Origin: Nymphaea colorata
Lineage: Eukaryota
Assembly: GCF_008831285.2 (NCBI RefSeq)
Contig: NC_045138.2
Location: forward strand, 2,976,001 to 3,040,000
Length of the DNA stretch: 64,000 nt
Direction of reading: 5' to 3'
The position numbers and the translations under genes are program-made. How positions within the stretch are numbered: position 1 is the stretch's first letter; each line of letters starts with the position of its first letter. This document shows positions 1 through 12,500 of this stretch, in pieces. Below the pieces are notes generated by a model. The model had not been told where the DNA came from. It searched no databases and worked only from the letters and a program-made list of their open reading frames with translations.

Positions 1-3000
1 CGTGGAAGGATTTGAGCACCTACGGATTCTCAATTTGGAGGATAACTTGATAGGTTTATGGGATGAGATTATGAAGTTTTCTCAGTTGAAAAGGTAAAGT
101 ATGAGCCCAGACCTTCATATGCAGGCATGGTTGTTTTGACTATATGCCTCTTTCTGGATTTGTGTTAGTTTTTAAGTAAATCTCTTGGCCAGCTTGGAGC
201 AACTTCGTTTGAGCAAGAACAACTTGAAAAGTATATCCTATCCTGCTGTTCGTCCTCATCATGATTCTGTACCTGGCGAGCCTTTTAAGAACTTATGTTG
301 CCTGCTTCTGGGTAAATTTATTCCTTCCCTCTTTTTCGCAATTGTGAGTTAAATGTGTCTTTTTAGTTTCTTATTTTATCATTCTCAGGTGGTAACAAGA
401 TTGAAGATTTATCATCTGTGGATTCACTCAATCATTTTCCAAATTTGAGAGTAAGATTCCTATATTTAGCTGTTCAATTACTTTAAAGTGTAAACTCATT
501 GAAGTGTTTGTTACCAAACTTCTTTTTGTGGTGACAATTTATATAGAATGGTGAAAATATAATTACTACTGAATTTCCTATGATAATTCTGCTAATCAAA
601 TATATCTGAAGGATGTTAGGCTTTCTGATAATCCAATTGTTGATCCTGCAAAAGGCGGCATCCAACGATTTGCTCTTATTGCACGTTTAACTAATGTCAC
701 CATGCTGAATGGAAGTGAGGTAGTCAAGCAGAAACTTGGTAATTTGGTAAGTTAGTATGAGTTAAAAGATATAGCTCACAGTCACGTCATACTTGACAGG
801 TGAGTGCAAAAGAAAGGAAGGATGCTGAGATAAGGTGAGATCTCAATAGATCATATTAAATGACAGGGAAGAAATATGAGCCTCTTCTTGTTATTGTTAT
901 TATTTTAATGTTTTCTTTTCTGTCTCAATGTTGTGCTCATAGTCTTTCATAAAGAAAGTATACTAGCTAAAACTTCCAAAACTATGGAAATGGAATGCTT
1001 ATCAACCTTTTAGCAATAACAATCATTTTTTGGTTGAAAAGTTTCACAGTTGTTGCTTTAATTGAACTGAACTGTTTGCTCCCTAGAAATGTTTGTCATT
1101 TTCAATTTATCCCTCATATTGTTATGTTTCTTGTTGACTTGATTTGGTTTTCAGGTATGTCCATCTGGTGATGGCTAACATGCAGTTGGACAAACAAGAA
1201 GAGATCAGGGAAAAGCACCCAAGGTAACTTTTCTCTCGGAGCTCTTTAGGATTAGTTGGTCCATGCTCTCAAGTTCAACTTTTAGATAATGCAGGAACAA
1301 AAGCTTGGCTTTGGTGTAACACCCCAGAAGTTTAGTCCCGTATCGAAGATTGTGAGGGATCTTCAAGGACTTATAAAGGGAGGCTTTAATGAGATGATTG
1401 TCCTGGTTCCTAGCCTTTTTAGGATTGGAACCGAAACTGCTAGGGGGTGGGTTGGGATCCGTCAAACTAGAGGCCCGAGCCCAGGATTGGGTCGGGTTGT
1501 TATATTTGGAGCATCTTATTTGTTGTTCCTTTTCAGCAGATTTTCTTATTTTATGATTGATCAGAAGCCTCATATTACATGATGCAGTGATTGGAGGTCT
1601 TTGCTCTAATCCCAATGAACAACTATGAACCGAACAAAGAAGAATGGAACAAACAAAAAGTAAAACGCAAATTGCATGGAAGAGAATAAATGCAATAAGA
1701 AACAGGAAATTGACCAAAAGGAAATTAGGGCTTCATTAATCTTAACCAACCCCAAATGAATCACCAGCTTGTCTTAAATAGGTCTTTTCTAACTACATTG
1801 GATCTTGGATGTAGTATTGAAATAAGAGGTCCAAGCTCAACCTGATAAATGAAACAAACAAAGATTGAAATGAATAAAATATAACATGAATACAATCTAA
1901 ATCTAATATGAAATAAACTGCTCATGTGTCATTGTTCCTGGGTTGAAGAAGTGTCGTCCTTAATGATGAGATATCTGAAGTTTCGGGTCCGAAGAATGGA
2001 GACTAACTTCTTGCGGCCCGAATTGGCTTCAAAGTTAGGCATGGAAACCTGATCCTTCTTTTTTTCCTTTTTTTGGTATTTCCTTGTTTTTTTTATTTTC
2101 CTTGTTTTCTTCTCCTCTTTTCCTTTTTTATGCATGTGGCATGTTTTTGTCATGACGCGTTGACTACATAGAAAAACGAAGCCCAAAGGGTGGTTTTGAG
2201 GCCCAAGACAAGACCCAGTTCTTGTGGTCATGCCTGGTGGCCACTGTTCGTTAGGGCACAGGGTCATGAGGGTGGGAGGCTGGGAGCAAACCCCATCAGA
2301 TTTGCTGTCAAGCTTGCTAGCGGTGATGGCCACCCAACAAGGGCATTGTCACTTGGCGGCATGGTGGCGGTGGCAATCAACAACATTAGGGCGACGGGCA
2401 GCATGGGCGAGGGTGTTTAGTGCTTTTCTGTAGTGTAAGGCCATGGCAGGTGGATGGATTTTGAGTGGCAGTAGCAGGTGGGAGATGGTGATGTCATCCT
2501 AGTGATGATGCCCTTGAAGCTTAGCAGCCATGTGGGTGGCGGATGGAGCAGCAAAGATTTGAAGGGAACTGTTGAGCATAAGGGGCAAAACTAGGTTCAC
2601 CTTCGTAATGGCGTCCTCTTCATTGGACGATTCGGCACCAAGTTAGGTATAGCTGATAGTGTCAGGGTAGGTTGGATCTTGCAAACATCGGTGAAAGATT
2701 GCAACAGGGTTTGCGAAAGCTGCAAACCACTAGTTCGAACATTAGTGTCGGATACCTCAGAGGCTGACACACCTGTTTGAAACTTGAAGCCTGCAGGCTA
2801 CCGAGTTTGTTGTTAATTCAAACAATCTTGTGTCGACACTCCTGCCTTGATCACTGTCGTTGCAGAGTCGGCAGGGCATCATCTTGGGTGACTCTAATCT
2901 TCTCCTCATCCTTGCCAGTGGGTTTCCAATGCCGACCAAAGTTGGTTGTTGTCTTCTCCACTATCCAGATCAGCCATGCTTGGCGAGGCTGCCCCTTGAT

Positions 3001-5367
3001 TCTACCTTAGGATGAGCTTCCATCTCATGCTATGCTTGTTCATTGAAAATTTCGCTGTCACTTTCATCATTCTTTTCTAATTTCTTACAGTAGCATCAAA
3101 ATGTTCTCCTATGCTTGTCATGATCTTGCTCACTGTCATCAATAGCTTCAATATTCGTATAGAACTCACCATTAATTGTTCATTTTATTTCCAATAACAG
3201 GATTGTCCTTTGCTTTATGCGCCATCACGAGGAATGATGAAAAACCGAGGCTCTAATTACTAATCTGACGGTGATTAGACTAGGGGTTCTCTCCCCACAG
3301 AGAACTATGAATTAAACAAAGAATGGAACAGACAAAAAGTAGAACACAAATTGCACGAGGGGGAACCAAATAGGAAGCAGAAAATTAACCATAAGAATAT
3401 TAGGATTTCATTAAATCTTCACCAACCCCAAAAGAATCACATGTTCATCTTTAATGGGTCTTTTCTAACTACATTGGATCTCGGATCTACTATTGAAATA
3501 TAAGGTCCAAGCTCTACCCAATAAATAAAACAAATAAAGAACCAAGTGAATAAATCAAATAATAGGGACCCAACATGGATCCAATCTAAATCTAATATGA
3601 AATGAACTGCTCCTGTATCATTGCATTATTTGTCATTTATATTAGCAACTTGACCTATCGACCAGGTGTATTATAGTGGGTTAGGCTGCTCGTCTCTGTG
3701 CCACAGTTCTTGAACTTGGTTGTCAACCAATAAACATGCCAAACTGCTGAATGGCTCTAACATGCAGGTTTTTTGAGCTGAAAAAGCTTCATGGCATCGA
3801 TGATGAGAAGCAATCATCTGCAACTGCAGGATCTCAAAAAATGGCTTCTGGTCTGATGTGTAAGAACTAAGAACCCAAAGGCATGGCTGCATATTCTCAT
3901 TTACAAGAGGATTTTGTTTGATGGATTGTGGCCTACATGCAGCAATTACTCTGAAATGTATTGGAGCCTCTATCAACGAGAAGCCGCCTCTAACTAAGAA
4001 ACTTCCTGCTACAACCACAGTATCCATGACACTTCTTAGAAAGTTTTTTTTATCCTATCTTCTGAATGTCACTGAGGTTTTTAATTATTCAAGAATATGA
4101 TGCAGGTGGGAAAGCTGATGGTTCTTTGCATCAGTTTTTTTAAGCTGAAAGCTGTAAAGCCTAGATTGTTTCTTCAAGAAGAGGTATGGAGTTTACTAGC
4201 ACAATGTTTTTTCCTTAGTTTCCCTCTAGAAATTTGAAATACTTTATAGGAGAAATGGAGGTGTATGGTGTGGATATACAACACATACACATTTAGGCAC
4301 ATTATTTCTCTTCTAGCATATCTAACTTCTAGAAAAAAAAAAAAATTGGATAAAAGGAAAATATCACCATTATGGATAATTAATAATTAGCCAGCCATGA
4401 ATTCAGTGCACAACATGGATATTTATGACCTGCCTTGGAAAACTGAATCTCTAGATGGGTTCATGGATCAGTTTGCTAAGGGCCCATAAATGCAGAGCAA
4501 TTTGCTTACAATATGGCAGTTGATATTAAGGATGTCAATGGATTGGATTAAAATTAGATAACCCTTAGCGGTATCCACTTTTTCATATATTCATGTATTC
4601 AGATTCGAATATGAACAAAAAAAAAATCACTTGAATCCGGTTGTGAAATCTAATTTGCAATTCAAATCCAATCCGAATCCAATTTTTACATACATATCTA
4701 AGTATGAATTTTGAAACGAATCTAGCTGGTTTTCAAAATGTAAGAGCATTGGATATACAATATTTATTTAAAAAATAAATCTGATGTGAATTTGAATCTG
4801 ATCATATATTTGAATATAAATCTAAATCCGATCTGATGACATTTCTTAAATCTGAATTTGATATGATTTTTTAAATTTGATATTAAATTGTTTTCCATAT
4901 CTGATTTTTCGGAATGGTATGGTTTGATATTTGATTGAAATCAGATATATTGACATTCCTAATTGATTTGCATGCATAGGAGTTGTGATTTACACTACAT
5001 GTATTGTTTCTAAGGTTGCATGAGAGAGAGAGAGCTGAAAACTTGGATTGGAGCAGTATTGAACAGTTTCCACTAATAGTGACTAGCTTTTCCAGTCTTC
5101 TTCATTCCCTCTTTAAACAGTAGGATGTTTCGATGCACTTCAAACATATTATGGTGAAACTTTTATGTTTCTCCATATGGGTGTTTGGATCCCGAACTAA
5201 ATGAAGTGTCCAGTTACTCTCGAGGTATACTCACTTTTAATTCGAGGAATACTGTGATTGTGCAGGGCCGAGCAACGCCTTTGTTGCTTGATGATGACAT
5301 GGAATCTTTGGCTGACCTTCGACTTCCAAGCAATGGGGGTACCATTTTGGTTGATGAAGAAGTTTAA
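1..5367 (+). CDS. TBCE: Tubulin-folding cofactor E (LRR + C-terminal ubiquitin-like domain), 5'-truncated by the window edge
   Basis: GT-AG exons <1-93, 193-311, 389-450, 612-719, 800-834, 1155-1223, 3768-3859, 3943-4019, 4106-4183, 5266-5367 join in frame. They give LRR segments (LRILNLEDN, LEQLRLSKNNL, GNKIEDLSSVDSLNHFP, DVRLSDNP), RFALIARL..LNGSEV..ERKDAEIRY and a UBL end ITLKCIGAS..KKLPATTTVGKL..LLDDDMESL, recognised as plant TBCE/PFI. Confidence 0.9.
1315..1504. mobile_element. 190-bp solo LTR (TRIM-like) in TBCE intron
   Basis: Starts TGTAACACCCC and ends GGGTTGTTATA (terminal CA decayed to TA). Flanked by a perfect 5-bp duplication TTTGG (1310-1314 and 1505-1509). Internal TATAAA. Confidence 0.75.
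1580..3620 (-). mobile_element. Degenerate non-autonomous LTR retrotransposon (Ty3/Gypsy, CRM-like ends), about 2 kb
   Basis: Diverged direct repeats 1580-1931 and 3266-3620 (shared e.g. GGTCTTTTCTAACTACATTGGATCT, AGGTCCAAGCTC, CAATCTAAATCTAATATGAAAT), ends TGA...TCA. Flanks TTACA/TTGCA (4/5 TSD). Decayed tRNA-iMet PBS (GCTCTAATTACTA vs GCTCTGATACCA) at about 3250-3262. Confidence 0.8.
4527..4961. mobile_element. hAT-type MITE (GATTCGGATT/AATCCGAATC-rich family)
   Basis: TIRs TAAGGATGTCAAT ... ATTGACATTCCTA; 8-bp flanks GTTGATAT / ATTGATTT (6/8); internal AATCCGAATC motifs. Confidence 0.75.
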
Positions 5368-6537
5368 GCATTTTGAAATCATTCACTGTGAACATCTAGT
5401 CATCCAAATAGAGCGGATGCTTAGAAACGAGGGACAAAAAACTTCAGAACGATCAGTCCAAATTTTGCGGAAGAAACAATGTCTGGTTGTAAAGCTGAAA
5501 AGTTAGAACTTCAGACTCATTGGGACGACCTTGTTGTTCATTGTTACATTTCAAATTGAGGAACTGGTACCATTTAATTTCATCCATCCGAGTTTGGAAA
5601 GGTCCTCTTAATTGCAGATATTAAATGGCTACAAAATCTCAGGATCCATCACATGGGTTGGTAAGTTTTGGTTGAAGGTTAGAAATTGACATAGATGGGT
5701 AAAGCCTTTGTGGGACATTAAATAAAATATTTTTGCCACGGGCTAGTGTAGGTCTTAGTGAAGGTCCTACCCTCACAGTATTGCACCGGCATGTCACTGC
5801 CCAGGAGAGGCTGTCAGCAATAAATTAAGAAAAGACATTACTTGACCAGAAGAAAGTTGCAGTACAACTCAGATTGAGATGAAAACATTATTTTCCTGCC
5901 TCGCAAACTTAGCACGGATAGGAGAAGTATACTTTACCCAAAACCTTTTCCTATCCGACAAGGATTCACCAGGAATTTTGTCATCAAAACAGAATGTTGC
6001 ATTAGAGGCTGTGAAGCGTAGCCGCCAAATATGCCTTGCTGTAAGTTCCAATCCAACCGTCTCGAAATCTACACCAATAGTTCGCAGTGCCCATTTGCAA
6101 GAAAACTTGACGTTTTGACACTTATTACAAACAAATAGCGAAGAAAAAGGAAAGCAAAGAAAAATACCAAACACTCCAAATAAGAAGTGTCAAAGGTTTC
6201 CGCCATACGAAGACAGAATTGAAACGTGTACGTAGATTTTGAATCAACACAGCCTTCTGAGATGGGAAAAAAGAAAAGGAAAATTTGATCAACCTGCACG
6301 CACAAGCACAAGTACAGGCACAGCTATTGGAAAGATCTACATAAACGTTATGTAAAGGTACAACGTCAAGGAGTTGACAAGAAATTAAGACGGTAGTAAA
6401 CTAATGGATTTGTCACTGAACATGTGCAAGGGGCTAGAGGATGAGTGTACCGGTACAAAAACACAAACTAGTAGCATGACTCATACTGAACTAACAGAAA
6501 AATGACCTCAGTTAAACTGCTTCATGATCCGTATATG

Positions 6538-9500
6538 TTAGTGACGACCATACATTTGAGAAGAATCATACTGTCCATATCCAGGTTGAGGAGAGAGGGT
6601 TTTGGCATAACCCATTGCCGCATTCCCACCATAACCCCCATAACCAGGTTGGGGCGCTGACTGTTGATCATAGCTTGGCGCATTAGCAGTTGGTGGTCCA
6701 TATCCCTGAGCGTTATTTGTTGGCCCACTATAAGGAGCAGCCTGCATGTTGGTGTAACTTGCATCTCCATGCGCCTGGTAGCCATAACCAGGATTAGCTG
6801 GAGCCTGATGATCACCGTACCCTGGTTGAGATGGGTATTGGCCATAACCGCCAGCCTGACCAGCTGGCTGTCCGTAGCCAGGGGCGGTAGCAGAACCAAC
6901 AGGTTGTTGATTGTATCCATCGTTTGTAGGTGGGGCTGTGGCATAAGGGTAGGATTGCTGGGGTGGTGCCCCAGATGCATAAGGATAAGGCTGTTGGGAT
7001 GGCACATTCGATCCATATGCAGGAGGAGCAGAGCCCTGCTGCGGCACTTCCCCTGGCTGAGCTGCCCTTGGTGGACCATAGGATTGAGGAGCAGGTCCTT
7101 GAGACATGTTATCATAGCCTGGTTTATTGTACGGTTCCTGCATGTATCCTGATTGAAACCCAGCTTGTGGTGGATACCCTGGTTGAGAACTGGGTTGTTG
7201 TCCACCATAAAACTGTTGGGTTGGATTTGCCTTTTCATAACCTGAGTCTGGATATTGTCCATAGCCTTGTTGGGGCGGCATTGATTGTGAATATGCAGGT
7301 GGTTGCCCATAACCAGATCCACCTTGTGCCTGTCCATAATTATAACCAACTTGAGATGGCGCAGGAACTGGAGCAGAAGATGGAGGTTCTGTCACATGCC
7401 CCCCTTGTGCATAGTAACCATAGCCACCAGCTTGAGGGGGGCCTTGTGTAGCAGCAGGCCTTTGATCCCAACCTGGATTAAAGCCACCCCTGGGTGGTGG
7501 CTGTTGAGAATAACCACCATAACTTTGAGGTGGATATTGAGTCTGAGATGGGTACGGTCCTCGCCTCTGATAATCGTAACCCATTTGCTGTGCTGGAGGT
7601 GGTGGACGAGCACCCCATTGAGGCATAGCTGGAGGCCCACCAGGGCGATATGCTTGCTGGTTCGCTCCAGCTGGAGCCAGAGGCCTTACAGGAGCCTGAA
7701 TCACAAGCATGGACTTAGAAAGATAAGTAATGTGTGCTAGCAAATGGTTGGATGCTGCTTAAGTTAACAGATAAAATCCAAACGGTATAGGCTGTGTTCC
7801 CCCTGTCTGATGACAGGTAAGAGGAGGATAATATGCATTGATAAAATAAATACTTGGATTCACAAATATGGTTTCAGACAGGAATTACAAACCTCCAAAA
7901 ATAAATAACCACAGAATTTAAAACAAAAAGTCAGTTAAATGCTCCATATGAACAAGAACAAAAAAAAGATGCCAGAAATAAGATTGCTCATCCGACCAAC
8001 TTAGTTCAACAGAACATATAGAGCAAACAAACTGTGATGCAGACAATATTCAAATGACATGAAACAAACAAACTGTGATGCATATACCCCCACAGGAAAC
8101 ACCATAAATTTGGATGCAACAAGCATATAACCAGCAATGGAATTAGTAGAACAGACATTTACATCACATGACATACCATCGAATTTTACCAAGCAAGCAA
8201 CGCCATCAGCAATCAGGATACCAATTCAACATATACATCATTTCTCCCATAACATGTCATGTTAGACCATCAACAAAAGATCTTGAACATCTTTACTGGG
8301 AAATAAACAATTACTCTGGAAAACATGCGTCCACCTGCCAGCAACAGACAGTCTTGGACCAAACATGCTGCAAGCTATGAAATTAAGGTATGCATGGAAC
8401 ACCAAAGTCAATGAACCAAACAGGATAAGGATCTGATCGATGGCAAAGCTACAGGCCAAGGGAGACATGGAAGCAAAAACATGGGCATGTACATGAACAT
8501 GCAGAACAATTCTTGACGAAACACTTCATAATCCTGGGATAATCCAAGAATTGGCTGCAACCCTATCAGCTCTCTCAATCCATAGTAGCACCCATATCAT
8601 GCCAATATGTCATATAACTTACAAAAAAGTAGTAGCTTGGCCTAGACCACAACGTTGATACCCACAATAACTGTATGGAAAAAGAGCCATCAACTTCACG
8701 TTACTTGGTGCATGCATTTGAACATCAGGATGGAAGCTAGGCTTATCAAGAATTTATGACATCACAGTACTAGTTCCAGTACTCAGCTGTGGAGTCTCAA
8801 AGTGACCTTACCAATTATGTGCTTTCCTGGACCATAAAGGACCCAAGAAGATACCCCTCCTCAACTGATGAGAGTACAAATGGATGTAAAAGACATAAAG
8901 CTGGCATGAGTCTCGATGTTGGCTCTCCTACCACATCTGCATTATGAAAGCCAACCAATTCGAAGTCCGTGCTTTTAGCATAAATGAATCATGGCAATTA
9001 GCATCTGAAACCAAATGTAATATCTTCCCAGACGGATGCATGTTTTGCATGGGATCACATATGAATACACCACCATCTCAAACGCAAGTGAAAGCCTAGC
9101 CTAGCATTTTCTATAACTTCTGTATAAAAATTGGGAGAGAATAGCATGTTTTATTTATATCCATATGTTCCCAAGGTTAAAAGGAAAAAAAAATGGAACA
9201 TGACAGGTTCCTAGCATGAATGAAAATAGATACTTCAACAACTGTTCAGAAAACCTAAGACACTCAATTGCCAAACTCATTCTACAAGACGCACAATCAC
9301 TTGAGCCATTTTAAGGATAGATCCCACAATAAATGCCCTTAAAAAATTCAAAAAAAAAAACGGCAGCAGAACTTCAAGTACAAGAAAGCACTAAATAGTA
9401 AATAGTGAATGAAGGAATTTAAATTAGTTGGATGTGAAAGTTGATGATTCCTTAAATAATTTCAATGTGACAAACGGCTACAATTTTTTAAAAGGCAAAT

Positions 9501-12500
9501 ACGCCTGACAATTAAGGATATATTGCTTTCAACTGGTGGAAAAGCAAGTTTCATCTTGAGCAAATGGGTTGACAACAAATGACTCACGAAACACTTTCCA
9601 ATGTCAAGAAACTTTTATTATTAGGACATCATCCTTGCACCACTCCATTGTGAGATGTGCACGAGTGCATATGCATTGTGCATCTATTACAATGATGCTC
9701 ATCTGGATAACCTTTAGAGTTTAGATTGCTAAGCAATAGAAATGCATAGTAGGCATAGTTGGTGATTACCCCAAAAAGCAAAACACAATAATAAGCGAGT
9801 AGCAGATATAAAACCCCAATCAATTTGCCCTTCAATAAGAAGGTCTATGTGCTAGAGTGGGCTAGACCAACTGCTAAGGCTTCATGATCAGAAACTGGGT
9901 CATAGTTCCAAGTTCCAAACTATACCATTGAGAAGTTTATGTGACCCTGAAGAAAGCCGAAGCCAGAAAAAGATATCATCAAGTGATGGACAAAATTCAC
10001 AACGTTCCATTCACAGACATACTTTTTATGTTTGCACATTTTTAGCACTTTGCAACAGGTTCCCATCCTACCACTAAGAACAAATAAACAAAAGATAAAA
10101 AGTAAATACCCTAACTGACAAGATAAACCCAATCCTGTTATTTGTTTCTGAAGGTCTAGAACAACATACCTTCCACAGCTTCCATGTAGCCACTTTTCCC
10201 ATGTTCTGTGGCCGCTGAAGGAACCTATTTAGGTATTGAATATGTAAATGACACAAAGGAATGACCTTGACACATCAAATGAGGCCTACAGTCTTCATTC
10301 ACAACTCAAGGAAGCACAAGCAGTCTTCAACCATTGAATCCTGTAAGTTTATTTCAGATAGGTCGCATTTTTTAGTAACTATATTTCTAGCTCCGTAATA
10401 TTTCAGTTTATGCCCCTAACAATTATCTAGATATACCAAGAGAAATGTATGGTCTAGTAAGGCCACCACAAAAATATATATACTTATGCATCCGGCATGC
10501 ACCTATATTTTACTTTATGGCTTCTCTTGGCTATGTGGTTCAACCAGGGGAGACATCAGGCTGCAAAAAATAATTGAATGATCTTACAGCAGAAACTCTG
10601 GGGAAAGAATCCACATGGTGCCCTATAAAACCTGACATAAAATATTTAAGTGGTCAAAAAGTTCTACCCTAACAAACATTAGCTGAGTTAAGATCAGATC
10701 TCACAATCCTTCCCAGCATATGTAACTAAGAGTATAAAACTTACCGCCAAGTTACCAGCCCTCAAAACTTAACTGGTCATAATCTGTGTGCTATCAACTA
10801 CCTCTAAATGGTTGTCCAATATAGACTTAGTAAAATCAAACACCTTAATTCCCCATGCATTTTGGACTTGATAACTGACAAATAAGGCGCTTATAACAAG
10901 CAAACTAAAATTTACCAAGTAGCAAATTTTGGAAAAATAAAAATGAAATCAGGGCTTCAATATTATGACATGTAAGCCCAATAACATAAACCGCAAAATA
11001 AGCAGCTAGCCAATTATCAGAATAGCTAAGCACCAACCCCTATGAAGCGACAATGACATAGAACACCTCTAACAAAAGCTGTCACAAAAGCACCAAAACA
11101 GCCAGCAACATTAAATGATGAATGCATTGACAAACATCAAATCTAAGATACTCTTACACCTAAGAATATAACCCTACACGCGAAAAATAAGTATATATTG
11201 AACATGGGCTATCTCTACAAGTGTAAACAAAAGACATTGAAAGAAATTGAAAATGGTCACAAAAGAAAAGAAGATGCCTTTCTATAGAAAGCAATTAATA
11301 TGAACACTAAATGACACTCGAGCTAAAGCTAATCTCAAATTTATCACAACCACACTAGAAAATTAGAGCAATTAGTGACTGTTATGACTACATCAACGTT
11401 TAAGAGCTCCAAAACCTGACCGCTGCTCAGTTTTGCAAGTTCATTTCACTATTGTCAAGAAATATGCATCTCATCAAGAATCTCACTTTTCCCTCTGAAT
11501 CGGCAACTCGCAATATAACATTATTATGCAGGGTAACAACACCACTTTTGATTAACCTCCCGATGCGAACTAACATACAAGACCCTCCACAAGAACCAAT
11601 GAGATGCTAAACTGTGTAACAGTCATTTTCTCTGCCTGCATTACATATCTGAAAATAAGACTAACAAAGCTGCAAATATAGAAAGAGAAGGCACACATCA
11701 AAAAACATAAAAATGAATCATTATTGTATGCATATTGAGGAGTATACTTCATCTGTCCAATCATGTGACATCACAAACAGACTTTCATTTCACAGCACAA
11801 TCTGAAGAGGATCTAGCAGTCCAAAGCCAATAGAAGAAACAGAGCTCGATCCAACCAACAATCATGCAACAACGTAATTAACTAAAAATGCACTCTAAGC
11901 TGCATCCCGTTATTCAGACAGTAGAAGTCAGTGGTAGAAACAAAGTCTACACTATGCATTAAAAAAAATGAACAACATGGATACAATAGACTAACCTGGT
12001 TCATTACAACTTTGATCATATCCCGTGCAGTTTCTATCTGTTGCTTACTTCCAGTTACTCGTATAGTTCTTTCTTTGGACACATCACCCTCAGGGAGGTG
12101 TTGAGGAACTAACTGGTGAAGGAAAGATGCTTATTCAGGACTTTAATTTATCTATAATGACATAATAAGTTAATAACTATTGTTACAGAAAAATTTTAGA
12201 GCAACTTACCTGAATGCGAGCCCCAGACCTGGTCTGAAGACTCTTAATTGTTTCCCCACCTTTACCAATAATCAGGCCAACCTGGCACAGCATTTTAATT
12301 AATGACACACAGATTTAGGAAGATGGATAGGAAGCATCTACAGATCTCATGGATCAATAAGGAAGGTTTCTAATACCTTATCATTAGGCACTTGAATCTG
12401 AAGTTGTTCTCCACCATTCTGCGCGACAGCAAAACCCCGAGCAACAAGAGCTGGTGAACCCCCTGCTTCAGCCTGCACAATAAGTACAAAATGAAAGACT

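Noticed and set aside
1205..1717. 170-aa and 97-aa ORFs in the TBCE intron
   Set aside because: They span the solo LTR and LTR boundary; no coding signature.
6522..7740. Long alternative-frame and antisense ORFs (275, 162, 173, 145 aa) over the KH last exon
   Set aside because: Shadows of low-complexity coding sequence; no recognisable domains.
10640..10845. Possible decayed solo LTR in the long KH intron
   Set aside because: Only one plausible terminus; no TSD found.
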